Part shown: positions 18,813 through 28,032 of the stretch, one piece after another
Layout: each line of letters begins with the position of its first letter
How positions within the stretch are numbered: the first letter of the stretch is position 1
Source: a phage
Direction: 5' to 3' (one strand)
DNA length: 64,000 nucleotides
Sequence record: OZ346158.1
Made by a program: the position numbers and the translations under genes
Notes under the pieces: model-generated
What the model was told of the DNA's origin: nothing
The model's input: the letters and a program-made list of their open reading frames with translations, nothing else
The model's database searches: none

Positions 18813-20294
18813 TTACTTAGCGTACTCGATTAATTCCACAGTTTTACCAAAGCTAGGGATATAATTTTTATTATACCCTTCGGTTAGAACCCATAAAGTA
18901 TCGTACTTTTTCCACTTGTTGTCAACAGCCTTTTGTTCAAAGTTATGCTCAAAGTATAGGTCGGTCAGGACGATGACATCTTTTGCATTTGGTATGTTGG
19001 CATCCAGATACTCGAACACGCAAGCAGCTGTTGTTCCCCATGTTGAGTGGACCTCATAGTTGATCATTTCGTCTATGTTGCCGCGAGTGTATACTTTAAC
19101 CTCTCCAACCTCAGTTGACCAACAGAACATTGTAACCTTAAATTCTTTATACAGATTGCACAATCCGGTGATTTCATTGAACATTTTCTTTAAAGTTCTT
19201 TGAGAGATCGAGCCAGAAACGTCTAAAGCCACCACAATATCTATAGTGTTTTCCGGATTACGACCAGGAACAATAACGTGCTGGTTCTTGTTTATAGCTC
19301 CGACTTTTCGCATTGTGCTGGTCAAAGACCCAGATCGGCGACCAGGTTTTCTGTAGGTCAGTTCGGCCTTTCTTTTAGACAACATACGCTGCTTGATGAT
19401 GTCTATATAATTGATTACAGGCTTACCTCTATTCTTGACAAACTCACGAACCGCCTCAGGGCAACGACCTCCGGAAGCTTGCATTGCTGCCTCAAGCATG
19501 TCACCAGAGTCCTGCATGGCCTGATCTTTATCAGATTGGCTGATTACAGGTTGTGGCTGATCATACCCCATAGCCTTTCCAAGATCATCACTGGTGCCAC
19601 CGTTCCCACTCATGTGATCATCGGTTTGTCGCTTATCTCCTTGAGAGTTCTCACCTTTACCGCTCTTACTTTTACCGTTATTCTGATCTCTTTGCTTATC
19701 AAGAACTGCATAGACGTTCTCAGCAATCCATCCATGAAACTTCATGTCGCAGTAGCAGTTAGCTAAGAAGCCAAAAGGCTTGCCTTTCACGAACGTAGTG
19801 CTTTTCCCCTTCGGGAAGAAAACACAAGGAGGCTTGCTAAAGTCAACCACAAGACCTGTGTTGATAACGTGATCACAAGCAATATTGAACAGTTCCGGCT
19901 CAAAGCTTTTACCACGGACCAGGTGATCACAGATAATATGCCCCACCTCATGTGACAGAAGGAAGGCCACCTCTTTCACAGATTTTGGGGAATAGAAAAC
20001 TTCAGCCATCTCAAACTGCTCGTCAGTTAGAGAAGCCTTAAGAATAGCCTTGCGTTCATCAGCCAATCCCATAATGAACTCAGGGCTGTAATAAATGCGT
20101 TTATGGTCGGTTGCCATGGTGGAGCACCATGTGTGGTTTTCTACGAACTGCAACCCTGACAGCAGTGTGCCATAAAACGGCAGCTTTTCAAGGAGATACA
20201 TACGTGCAGCCTGCAACATTCTCAGGGCATCATCTTTCTGTGAGGCAATGATTTCTGAACTTCTGCTATCCATTAAAACTCCAGAAGGGGCCAT
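18813..20294 (-). CDS. VWA-domain protein with N-terminal putative zinc metallopeptidase motif
   Basis: 493 aa; HExxH motif LSHEVGHIICDH in N-terminal half; VWA MIDAS-like motif VVALDVSGSIS in C-terminal half. Confidence 0.75.
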   Translation of the reverse strand: MAPSGVLMDSRSSEIIASQKDDALRMLQAARMYLLEKLPFYGTLLSGLQFVENHTWCSTMATDHKRIYYSPEFIMGLADERKAILKASLTDEQFEMAEVFYSPKSVKEVAFLLSHEVGHIICDHLVRGKSFEPELFNIACDHVINTGLVVDFSKPPCVFFPKGKSTTFVKGKPFGFLANCYCDMKFHGWIAENVYAVLDKQRDQNNGKSKSGKGENSQGDKRQTDDHMSGNGGTSDDLGKAMGYDQPQPVISQSDKDQAMQDSGDMLEAAMQASGGRCPEAVREFVKNRGKPVINYIDIIKQRMLSKRKAELTYRKPGRRSGSLTSTMRKVGAINKNQHVIVPGRNPENTIDIVVALDVSGSISQRTLKKMFNEITGLCNLYKEFKVTMFCWSTEVGEVKVYTRGNIDEMINYEVHSTWGTTAACVFEYLDANIPNAKDVIVLTDLYFEHNFEQKAVDNKWKKYDTLWVLTEGYNKNYIPSFGKTVELIEYAK

Positions 20295-20306
20295 TGGCCC
20301 CTGTCA

Positions 20307-21350
20307 TTATTTAACGTGTTTGAAAATACCTGCCAACTCGGTCATTGTCATGCGGGTGGTCTTCATAAGATCTGTCATAGCTTTCTCCATAATTGGAGAT
20401 ACTACCATAAAGTTTCCTTTAGTGAAACCTTTATTCCAGTCGGTCACCAACAGTGGTTTAAGTCCAGCTCCGAGACGTTCACCAGTTAAAGCACAGCATT
20501 TGCGAATATACGAACTCTTAAATTGGCTGAACGACAGATCAACTTTCATACCTGCATCGTAGAACGTTTGACAATAGAAAGTGTAAGCCTTAGCAATCTC
20601 AACATCATCAGGCAGTGCAGGAACTTCTTCTGCAATCTCCTCTTCGACCTCCTGAGGATCTTTTTCCTCTTCAGAGTTCTGTTCTTCAATTTCTTCTGCC
20701 ACAGTCTCGTTTACGATGTCTGAAATGTGTTTGTTGGCTGCACGATCAGCCATGAAATTTTTAAAGTCCTGCATTGGTGACATATCTTCCTCCTCTTCGT
20801 CAAATAGTGCTAGTTTATCTTCTTCTGTCCCGTATTGCAAGATGAAATCTTCAAAAGTATAATCACCTTTCAATTTCTCCATACGCTCTTCGCTCAGGTG
20901 GAGCATCATCTGCTGGACAATTTTTCGATCAGTTTTGTCTTTAATCAGGATTGCAGTCTTTTTATCTACCAGACAGTCTTTCAGAGCATTGCACCTCAAC
21001 CCTACCACACAACAATTATCAATTGCGTAAGGACCTTCATCATCTATCCGCTCCAGAGATGGGTAGAAAGGATTTCCCAGTCCGTTTTCATCTGTGTGCA
21101 TGTCGAAAGGTATAAGGGTGTAGTCGCATACCCCCTCCCCTAAAAGTTTTTTACCAAATAGGAGGTATTCTTCCCATGACAGGTCGAACTCTATATCTCG
21201 TTTCCGTGCGTTATTCTGTTTGCGTCTATATTTTTTGAGCAAGCGCTCTAACTCTTCTGGTGTATAATATTTTTCAAGATTCATGAGTCGTCTCTCGTGC
21301 TCTGTAAGTGAAGAAATCGTATCAATTGTCTCAACAGATGTCAACATCAA
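20307..21350 (-). CDS. hypothetical protein with acidic central region; weak HNH/His-Me-finger-like N-terminal pattern
   Basis: 347 aa; N-terminal pattern H.D...G...PSLERID...Y..NC.VV...CN..K; long Glu-rich stretch. Confidence 0.5.
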   Translation of the reverse strand: MMLTSVETIDTISSLTEHERRLMNLEKYYTPEELERLLKKYRRKQNNARKRDIEFDLSWEEYLLFGKKLLGEGVCDYTLIPFDMHTDENGLGNPFYPSLERIDDEGPYAIDNCCVVGLRCNALKDCLVDKKTAILIKDKTDRKIVQQMMLHLSEERMEKLKGDYTFEDFILQYGTEEDKLALFDEEEEDMSPMQDFKNFMADRAANKHISDIVNETVAEEIEEQNSEEEKDPQEVEEEIAEEVPALPDDVEIAKAYTFYCQTFYDAGMKVDLSFSQFKSSYIRKCCALTGERLGAGLKPLLVTDWNKGFTKGNFMVVSPIMEKAMTDLMKTTRMTMTELAGIFKHVK

Positions 21351-21356
21351 AAACGT

Positions 21357-21391
21357 GTTGACTTTACTCTAACTCCACAATATAGTGCACC
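21357..21391 (+). promoter_or_regulatory. sigma70-like promoter (TTGACT-17-TATAGT) in divergent intergenic region
   Basis: gTTGACTttactctaactccacaaTATAGTg about 40 nt upstream of gene 21427. Confidence 0.5.
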
Positions 21392-21426
21392 CATTCGAAA
21401 GAAAACTAACATAGGAGCACTTACTT

Positions 21427-22326
21427 ATGGCAAATCTTAACAGTTTTAGTACGCGGTGGAAACAGGACATAACAACCAATCTTTCAGCTGGGGACATCCT
21501 TTCTGCAATTTACGAGGCTTTAGATGATAAAGCTACTTCAAAAGCGGTTTGTACCAACCCACTAATTCCTGTAGTGATGAAGGTTATTGAGCGTAGATTG
21601 GTATCTGGGTCTGATAAGTGGACATATTTAGATAATGAAGGACACACCTATTCCAATGGGTACGTCGATATAAAAGTAGAATACGCGGTATCATACCGCC
21701 GGAGCGGTTCTGTAACTTTCAACTTCTCTGGAGGTTTTCGATCTCTGGCTACCTCACCTTTTGTTTCCTCAGAGGAGAAGTATGAGCTGCCATTTCTTTG
21801 GATGATGGCTAACGCGACAGGAAAAACCCCCGTTAGCATCCGAGTAAAATACAACTACAACGGATCTAGTAAGATCTATGCCGAAAGTGCCTCAGCAAGT
21901 TTTTATTTTGTGATGGGGGATGGAATCCTCAAACATATAAAGATGTGCGATATGCATGATGTTATAAATGAAGTGACTGATAAGAATGTTCTAGTGAAAG
22001 ACCTCAATAATTTTTATACACCTGGAGACTATTACGTCAACCGCCCACTGTGCATCTTTAATGCCGCACACCCTTTAGGTGAGTATTTGATCGCCAATAG
22101 CGATATTGCCAATAACCGCTTCGAGGTAGCAAGAGTACAGAATGAGGTATTGACATCTTGCAAGAGCGGTGATAAGTTTACCGAAGAAGAGATGGGTGTT
22201 TTAGAAATGATGGGATATAAGTGTAGCCTTTGGGTAGATGAGGTGTTTAATGACTGCATCTATGGACAGGATATTTACCCATTAAAGAAGTATACTGATA
22301 CAAGTTTAATTTATGCGGGGATTTGA
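21427..22326 (+). CDS. hypothetical protein
   Basis: 299-aa ORF, AGGAG RBS. Confidence 0.6.
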   Translation: MANLNSFSTRWKQDITTNLSAGDILSAIYEALDDKATSKAVCTNPLIPVVMKVIERRLVSGSDKWTYLDNEGHTYSNGYVDIKVEYAVSYRRSGSVTFNFSGGFRSLATSPFVSSEEKYELPFLWMMANATGKTPVSIRVKYNYNGSSKIYAESASASFYFVMGDGILKHIKMCDMHDVINEVTDKNVLVKDLNNFYTPGDYYVNRPLCIFNAAHPLGEYLIANSDIANNRFEVARVQNEVLTSCKSGDKFTEEEMGVLEMMGYKCSLWVDEVFNDCIYGQDIYPLKKYTDTSLIYAGI

Positions 22327-22328
22327 CT

Positions 22329-22601
22329 ATGATGAAGGCATGTGGTAATGTATATTACGTCGGTGAACATGTTCAGGCAGACAGTGTGTGGAAATCTATT
22401 AAGTCCACCACTGACGATGCCTTTCTGAGTGGACTATGTTTCCCCAACCCTGGAGACATCCTCCCTCACCCTGGAGATTTTGTTGTTAACAAGATGGACG
22501 GTTATACCGTGTGCCTGATGGTTGAAAAAATCTTTTTAGACACTAGACACAATCACCGTCTTGTGTTAAAATTTCAAGAATGTAAAATGACAATTGCCTA
22601 A
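22329..22601 (+). CDS. hypothetical protein
   Basis: ATG at 22329 (MMKACGNVYY...) after GGGGA; start uncertain. Confidence 0.45.
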   Translation: MMKACGNVYYVGEHVQADSVWKSIKSTTDDAFLSGLCFPNPGDILPHPGDFVVNKMDGYTVCLMVEKIFLDTRHNHRLVLKFQECKMTIA

Positions 22602-22614
22602 GGAGGCCTTACCG

Positions 22615-22971
22615 ATGTCTAAAGTTACTTATCGTGCAGCTATTTACTGCAATGAACACCCAATCAATAATGATGGTCACTGTCTTTTTAAAGAAAATCA
22701 GTTGGGCTGTATTGTCCTCCCTGATGAAGGGAAAGGTTATCTGATTGCATTGACAGGGTTTGAGCCTGAAGCTTTGGAAGCCAATCTGGACTACCTGGTA
22801 GAAGAGGGTGCTGCAGACCTGGTTGCCAATGGCCTCCCCATAAACCTTGACGAAGTGGAGCGCTTCATGGGCAATTACCGTGTAGTGCGTGAGTTTACTA
22901 TCGAGGTTGAAACTCCAGAGTGGGGTAGCTCTGAAACTAATGTCGAAGAAAAAGAAGAGGAGGTAGAATAA
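22615..22971 (+). CDS. hypothetical acidic protein
   Basis: ATG preceded by AAGGAGG RBS. Confidence 0.55.
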   Translation: MSKVTYRAAIYCNEHPINNDGHCLFKENQLGCIVLPDEGKGYLIALTGFEPEALEANLDYLVEEGAADLVANGLPINLDEVERFMGNYRVVREFTIEVETPEWGSSETNVEEKEEEVE

Positions 22972-23228
22972 TGAAAGTTCAGATCTTGACTAATGCCGAG
23001 AAGATGTTTATTGAAGATACACCTTTTGAAGCTGGTGAGCTACAGTTCGTTTATTTTGTTGACTTAGATAAGGTGTTCCCTGCACTGAATCTGGGTCTGG
23101 ATGAAGTTCCTCATAAGGTTTTGTGCCAAGTTGTTCGTGCCTTAGCGGCAGATGGGGAGTTCCACACTTTTGAAGATATCCAGACCTACGGGTATCTTGA
23201 ACTACAACGAGAAGAAGAGGTGGACTGA
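22971..23228 (+). CDS. hypothetical acidic protein
   Basis: 85 aa, GAGGAGG RBS, ATGA overlap. Confidence 0.5.
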   Translation: MKVQILTNAEKMFIEDTPFEAGELQFVYFVDLDKVFPALNLGLDEVPHKVLCQVVRALAADGEFHTFEDIQTYGYLELQREEEVD

Positions 23229-23230
23229 TA

Positions 23231-23611
23231 ATGACCCGGTGGAAGACAACGGTTGACCTGCATGATCAGTGGTTAGGACGCATCACTGAAGACGGGAAAC
23301 TAGTAGAGTGGGACAATAAGCATGTTAGCGAGTTGGCAAGTATTGTGGCTGGCAAGTTACGCTCCAAGTTCCCTGAACAACTGGATCCTGATAATTCAAA
23401 GTTCGATCCTGAGTTGGAGGATGTTGTATACTACTTCGATACCGTGGATGACTACGATGCGTGGTTTGCAGCACGGGAGCTTTACCCCCAAGGCTCTGCT
23501 ATGCGCCAGATGGAAGAAGATTATCCTCCGTGCGAGCAATTTAATAGCGCAATGACTTGCCTCTATGATTGGGCAGATAAGAACCTTGTCTGGATTCGGA
23601 CTGCATTCTAG
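23231..23611 (+). CDS. hypothetical protein
   Basis: 126-aa ORF, GAGGTGG RBS-like. Confidence 0.5.
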   Translation: MTRWKTTVDLHDQWLGRITEDGKLVEWDNKHVSELASIVAGKLRSKFPEQLDPDNSKFDPELEDVVYYFDTVDDYDAWFAARELYPQGSAMRQMEEDYPPCEQFNSAMTCLYDWADKNLVWIRTAF

Positions 23612-23614
23612 CGG

Positions 23615-23920
23615 GTGGTGGCAAGGATGCCACTTAAAAGAGTAATAAACATGTTATACCAGAAACACGAACTTTGTGCAGAAAAAGAGTTAAATTTTGA
23701 CAAAGTTATCCACAGATATTGTTATGGGAAAACCGGAAGACAACTAAGAAGGTGCACTCCAGCATTCTTTCACCCCAGCAGGCGGCTAAGTCCTGAAGAA
23801 GCAACAGCAGAAAGGGTTGCATACAACTGGGAAGTTGTGTACGATATTGACAGATCCGATGTGACATCTGTTTTGGAAAACTTTGAAAACACTTACACAC
23901 AAGTAGAGGATTTTTACTAA
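23615..23920 (+). CDS. hypothetical protein
   Basis: 101-aa ORF; GTG start at 23615 or ATG at 23627 (start uncertain). Confidence 0.4.
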   Translation: MVARMPLKRVINMLYQKHELCAEKELNFDKVIHRYCYGKTGRQLRRCTPAFFHPSRRLSPEEATAERVAYNWEVVYDIDRSDVTSVLENFENTYTQVEDFY

Positions 23921-25104
23921 TGTCAAGAAACGTATTTGAAAGTGGTCAAATCACTGTCCGTGAGTTGCCAGCTATCATTCAGTTTGCCCAGCGTCATAAC
24001 CGATCTGTCCTGATTTTAGGACCAATGGGTGTGGGAAAGAGTCAGGTGATGAAGCAGATCGCTGATAATATGTTCGGTGAGCGAGATGACAACCTGGTTG
24101 ACGTGCGGCTGTCAGATAAAGATCCTGCCGACTTATCTGGGCTACCTATCCCTGTAGAAGCTGATGGAACTACACGTACAGTGTTTGCAATTCCAGAATT
24201 TTGGCCTGCAGATCCGAACTGGAGCGGAATTATCTTTCTGGATGAGCTTACTCATGCAGATAACTATCTGCAAAAGGTTGCAATGCAGATTATGCTCGAC
24301 CACAAGTGCGGCACCTATGCATTCCCTAAAGGCTCTGTTTTTGTGGCTGCGGGTAACCGTTCTACAGATGGTGCTGTTCTTTCGGCGCTCGAAGCTCCTC
24401 TGGCTAACCGCTTTATCATTGTAGAGGTTACAAGCAATGCAGAGGTGTTTATTGAGGACTACGCATTCCTCAACGGGGTTCACTCCTCTGTGATTGGGTA
24501 TCTGAAAAGAGTTCCATCAGCTATTGATAATTATGAGGCTATGGCTGAGATTAATTGTCCATCTTTTGCCACACCACGATCTTGGGTTGCTGCATCTGAC
24601 ATCTTGCACGATTTTGACAGCGGTATTATTTCTGACGCTATGGCCCGTGTTCTTCTGCAAGGTGCTATTGGTCACACTGCAGCGGTAGAGATCTGGACCT
24701 ACCACACCAAGAAACGCAACTTACCGGAAATCGGTCGGATTATGGCAGGGGGTTGCAAAGAATACGTAGGTCCTAAACAGCCGGACATCTTGTGGATTCT
24801 TGGATCTGAAGGTTGTATCGCTATTCGTAATATGATGGAAAATGCAAGTATCTCTGACGAAGATCTTGTTAGCTGTGTGGCAAACTTCCTCGATTTCCTT
24901 TGGGAAAATTTCAAGGACGAGAACCGAGATTTTGTATTCTCAGTCTTTATGGCGATGATGAAACCTAATGCCTTAGGAAATGCCTTGCTTATCGGTAAAG
25001 GGCGTGACAAGATTGTTGCTCAGCTGATTAAAGCATACCCAAACCTGATGAAGATTGTAAAAGAGTTTGGTGAAGAGTTTAGCGCCATTTTGGCTAAAGC
25101 TTGA
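23920..25104 (+). CDS. MoxR-like AAA+ ATPase
   Basis: 394 aa; Walker A LILGPMGVGKSQ, Walker B IIFLDELTHAD, sensor region AAGNRST and RF arginine typical of MoxR/CbbQ-type ATPases. Confidence 0.8.
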   Translation: MSRNVFESGQITVRELPAIIQFAQRHNRSVLILGPMGVGKSQVMKQIADNMFGERDDNLVDVRLSDKDPADLSGLPIPVEADGTTRTVFAIPEFWPADPNWSGIIFLDELTHADNYLQKVAMQIMLDHKCGTYAFPKGSVFVAAGNRSTDGAVLSALEAPLANRFIIVEVTSNAEVFIEDYAFLNGVHSSVIGYLKRVPSAIDNYEAMAEINCPSFATPRSWVAASDILHDFDSGIISDAMARVLLQGAIGHTAAVEIWTYHTKKRNLPEIGRIMAGGCKEYVGPKQPDILWILGSEGCIAIRNMMENASISDEDLVSCVANFLDFLWENFKDENRDFVFSVFMAMMKPNALGNALLIGKGRDKIVAQLIKAYPNLMKIVKEFGEEFSAILAKA

Positions 25105-25113
25105 GGAGGTTGT

Positions 25114-25494
25114 ATGGCTAAAGTAGGTAAGCGGGGAAACTACATGGTAGTATTGACCGAAGAGCCGGAGAAGGAGTACGAATGCAGCTCCACTTGCGTG
25201 ATCGATATCCGAGAAAAAGATGTAGATGAAATCTGGTTTGAAATACTAGACGCTTGCGACAGTAGTGATTATTTCTTCATCTATGTCAACGATAAGGCTG
25301 GGTTCTTCCATGACGACGGAGAGTTGCCGTATGAAATCTATGAACTTGTAGAGGCTTGCCATCGTGGAGATGCGGAGTTGTTTGGCCTACGGCTGAAAAG
25401 CGGTAAATTCTTCTATCAAGATGAGTGCATGAATCTTCATAACTTTGTAGAGGGAACTTGCAACGATGGAGAGATTTTGGCACACTACGATTAA
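25114..25494 (+). CDS. hypothetical acidic protein
   Basis: 126 aa, GAGGAGG RBS; followed by terminator. Confidence 0.5.
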   Translation: MAKVGKRGNYMVVLTEEPEKEYECSSTCVIDIREKDVDEIWFEILDACDSSDYFFIYVNDKAGFFHDDGELPYEIYELVEACHRGDAELFGLRLKSGKFFYQDECMNLHNFVEGTCNDGEILAHYD

Positions 25495-25503
25495 TTTCTA
25501 AGA

Positions 25504-25534
25504 CACCCCCGCTTCGGCGGGGATTTTCTATTTG
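25504..25534 (+). terminator. rho-independent terminator
   Basis: CCCCGC-TTCG-GCGGGG hairpin followed by ATTTTCTATTT. Confidence 0.7.
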
Positions 25535-25542
25535 GAGTTATT

Positions 25543-26043
25543 GTGAAAATTAAGATCTTTGCTATTATTTTGAGCGCATTTTTATCGCTGCCTGTTGTTG
25601 CAGCACCAAAACAAAAAGTATATCATACTTGCAAGCCCTCAGATACTAAGGAAAACATTCTGGCATGCAATATCTACAGGGAGGCTAGAGGGGATGGCAC
25701 GATGGGTATGCTGGCATCAGGGTTTGCCACACTAAACAGGAAATCTCACCCCAAATACCCAGACACTATAAGAAAGATTGTCTACCAACCTAACCAGTTT
25801 TCGTGGACAAACCACGGCAAAACTTTTAAGGTGACAGAAAAAGATTCATGGGATCACGCTAAAAGTCTTGCAAAGATGCTTCTAAAGGTCTATAATAACA
25901 ACCATGTTGCATACATGGCTATGGACATAACAGGTGGAGCAACACACTACCATACAACCAAAGTACGACCGAAATGGGCAAAAAAGATGCAGAGGACAGC
26001 TCAATTCGGGAGTCATATCTACTACAAGGAGCGCAATAAATGA
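25543..26043 (+). CDS. secreted cell-wall hydrolase, SleB-like; candidate endolysin
   Basis: 166 aa; N-terminal signal peptide MKIKIFAIILSAFLSLPVVAAP; CNIYREARGDG and HYHTT resemble the SleB/Hydrolase_2 family; GTG start after GGAG. Confidence 0.7.
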   Translation: MKIKIFAIILSAFLSLPVVAAPKQKVYHTCKPSDTKENILACNIYREARGDGTMGMLASGFATLNRKSHPKYPDTIRKIVYQPNQFSWTNHGKTFKVTEKDSWDHAKSLAKMLLKVYNNNHVAYMAMDITGGATHYHTTKVRPKWAKKMQRTAQFGSHIYYKERNK

Positions 26044-28022
26044 TTGTAAACAGTAATGAAACTAAAGCAGTACTAACCGGAAATATGGAGGTCACCAGGG
26101 GCTCAATTTCTCTGAACAAAGAGACTTTTGGGCTAATCATTAAAGGGATTTACGAAGATAAGGTGCTGGCAAGCTGCCGTGAACCAATCTTCAATGCTGT
26201 GGACTCCCATGTTGAGTCTGGACGGGGTGATGTACCGATCATCATTCACTCCCCTACAGACCTTGAACCATACTTCTTTGTGCAGGACGTTGGATTGGGT
26301 ATGTCAGAAGAGATGGTCCGCAACACTTTCATGAACCTCGGGGAGTCAACCAAGCGCAACAGCAACGCCCTGGTAGGTAATAAAGGTGTAGGTTCAAAGG
26401 CCCCGTTCAGCATGGTGGACACTTTCGATGTGATCAGTGTGCACAACGGTGTTGAAAGCACATATCTATTGTTCTTGGATCAGGGTATCCCAAACGTTAC
26501 CAAGATCCGCGAGCGGAAGACTGAAGAGCACAACGGGGTAAAAGTTCAGTTCCATGTTAAGAAAGAGCATGTTCTGAAATATCGCACTGCTATTGCGTCA
26601 TGCCTCCGCTATGCAAAGTTTCCGTTTACCGTTACCGACCCTATGACCAGTAAGATGCTGGAAGGTGACAAGGTTGAGGCGCAGTATCGCTACGAGAAAG
26701 ATGGTTGGAAAATGACTATCCTGAAAGGTTATACCAGCTCTGATGAGAGCCGTGTTGTGATGGGTCACCAACCTTACCGCTCCAAGTTCCTGGAGACATT
26801 GACCGATTACCCTGCAATCTGCGTGGAAATTCCTATTGGGGATTGCAATATTAACCCTGGGCGTGAATGGACCATAGAGGGACATGACGACGGTGGATTC
26901 CAGGATCGCCTGGAGGCCTTTGTCAAAGAAGGTATACGTCTTCGCGGGGCAGAAGTTGTTGCAGAACTGGAGACGGCAAAAACCTCCGCAGAAGCACGTG
27001 AAATGATGAAGAATAGTGGAGTGTTCGGACACATCTTCGGCAAAAACTTTATGTGGAACCGTTGGGAAGAAACAGGGCTTGGCGACTTAGGCGATTGTGA
27101 AATTTTCGCTGGCGGCTTAAATAAAGGCCGCATAGGCTATGCTCGTTACGGAAAGTCGGAGTTCTTACGAGGTGTATACCTTGTATTTAACGACGGAGAC
27201 GGCAAATATAACCGGAATAAGTGTAACTACTTAAGCGAGATCACCGGACGCAACGTTTTCTATTGCCGGAACACGGATCTGGTGAAAGAGTTTAAAGAGG
27301 CGGCACACCATCCGTTCTTTGCAGATACGGTCAAATTGTTATCGGAGCTTCCACGCCGACCTGCGAAGAAAGGTGAAACCAAAACTCGTTACGAGCCAGG
27401 CTACTGGGTTAAGAAGCTTAGAGAGGATGGCTACTTCCATCGTGAGCGCCTCACGAAGGCAGAGTTCAAGAAGATTAAGCATTGCATCCCTTATGAGGGG
27501 GATATCCAACGGGGAAGCTGCTGGCTGGGCCAGATGAGTAACATCTACCAGCAAAATTATGACCGTGTGCGTGCTGCACTCCAGATTCCTGAAGGTGAAG
27601 ATCTGTACCTGGTATCAGAATCTCGTCTGCTTTGGACTGATCCTGATTGCCAGTATGTTACAGAGAAGAATGTGGAACATTTGTTGAAAGAGGATGCTTG
27701 GAAATTCTTACTGACTCGCGCAGCAAATGAAACTTCATATGACAGCCTGTATAGACAATTAGGGAAAATTATCCCCATGCAGGATTTTGGAAATTATCGG
27801 CCACATTTCCACAAGTGGGAAGGTAACACCGCGTGGAAGCACAGTGAGCTAAATCATCGTGCCAAAATCTTAATCGCCAACCGAGTTAAATGCGGGAAGG
27901 CCTATATTGCAAGATTGGAAAAGAAATACCCACTTTTGAAGCATGTAGGCTTGAAATATTGGGACACCCCTGCTATGATTGAATACCGTGAGCTGATTGA
28001 TACAAAGAATAACACCAAATAA
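26040..28022 (+). CDS. GHKL-type (Bergerat-fold) ATPase domain protein, 660 aa
   Basis: N-terminal motifs in order: N-box REPIFNAVDSH, G1 FVQDVGLGMS, G2 GNKGVGSKAPF; no TOPRIM or His-kinase domain apparent. Confidence 0.6.
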   Translation: MIVNSNETKAVLTGNMEVTRGSISLNKETFGLIIKGIYEDKVLASCREPIFNAVDSHVESGRGDVPIIIHSPTDLEPYFFVQDVGLGMSEEMVRNTFMNLGESTKRNSNALVGNKGVGSKAPFSMVDTFDVISVHNGVESTYLLFLDQGIPNVTKIRERKTEEHNGVKVQFHVKKEHVLKYRTAIASCLRYAKFPFTVTDPMTSKMLEGDKVEAQYRYEKDGWKMTILKGYTSSDESRVVMGHQPYRSKFLETLTDYPAICVEIPIGDCNINPGREWTIEGHDDGGFQDRLEAFVKEGIRLRGAEVVAELETAKTSAEAREMMKNSGVFGHIFGKNFMWNRWEETGLGDLGDCEIFAGGLNKGRIGYARYGKSEFLRGVYLVFNDGDGKYNRNKCNYLSEITGRNVFYCRNTDLVKEFKEAAHHPFFADTVKLLSELPRRPAKKGETKTRYEPGYWVKKLREDGYFHRERLTKAEFKKIKHCIPYEGDIQRGSCWLGQMSNIYQQNYDRVRAALQIPEGEDLYLVSESRLLWTDPDCQYVTEKNVEHLLKEDAWKFLLTRAANETSYDSLYRQLGKIIPMQDFGNYRPHFHKWEGNTAWKHSELNHRAKILIANRVKCGKAYIARLEKKYPLLKHVGLKYWDTPAMIEYRELIDTKNNTK

Positions 28023-28032
28023 GGAGACAGTT

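Noticed and set aside
19278-19766. 162-aa + strand ORF inside the VWA-metallopeptidase gene
   Set aside because: Antisense to a gene with recognisable VWA/HExxH motifs; no RBS
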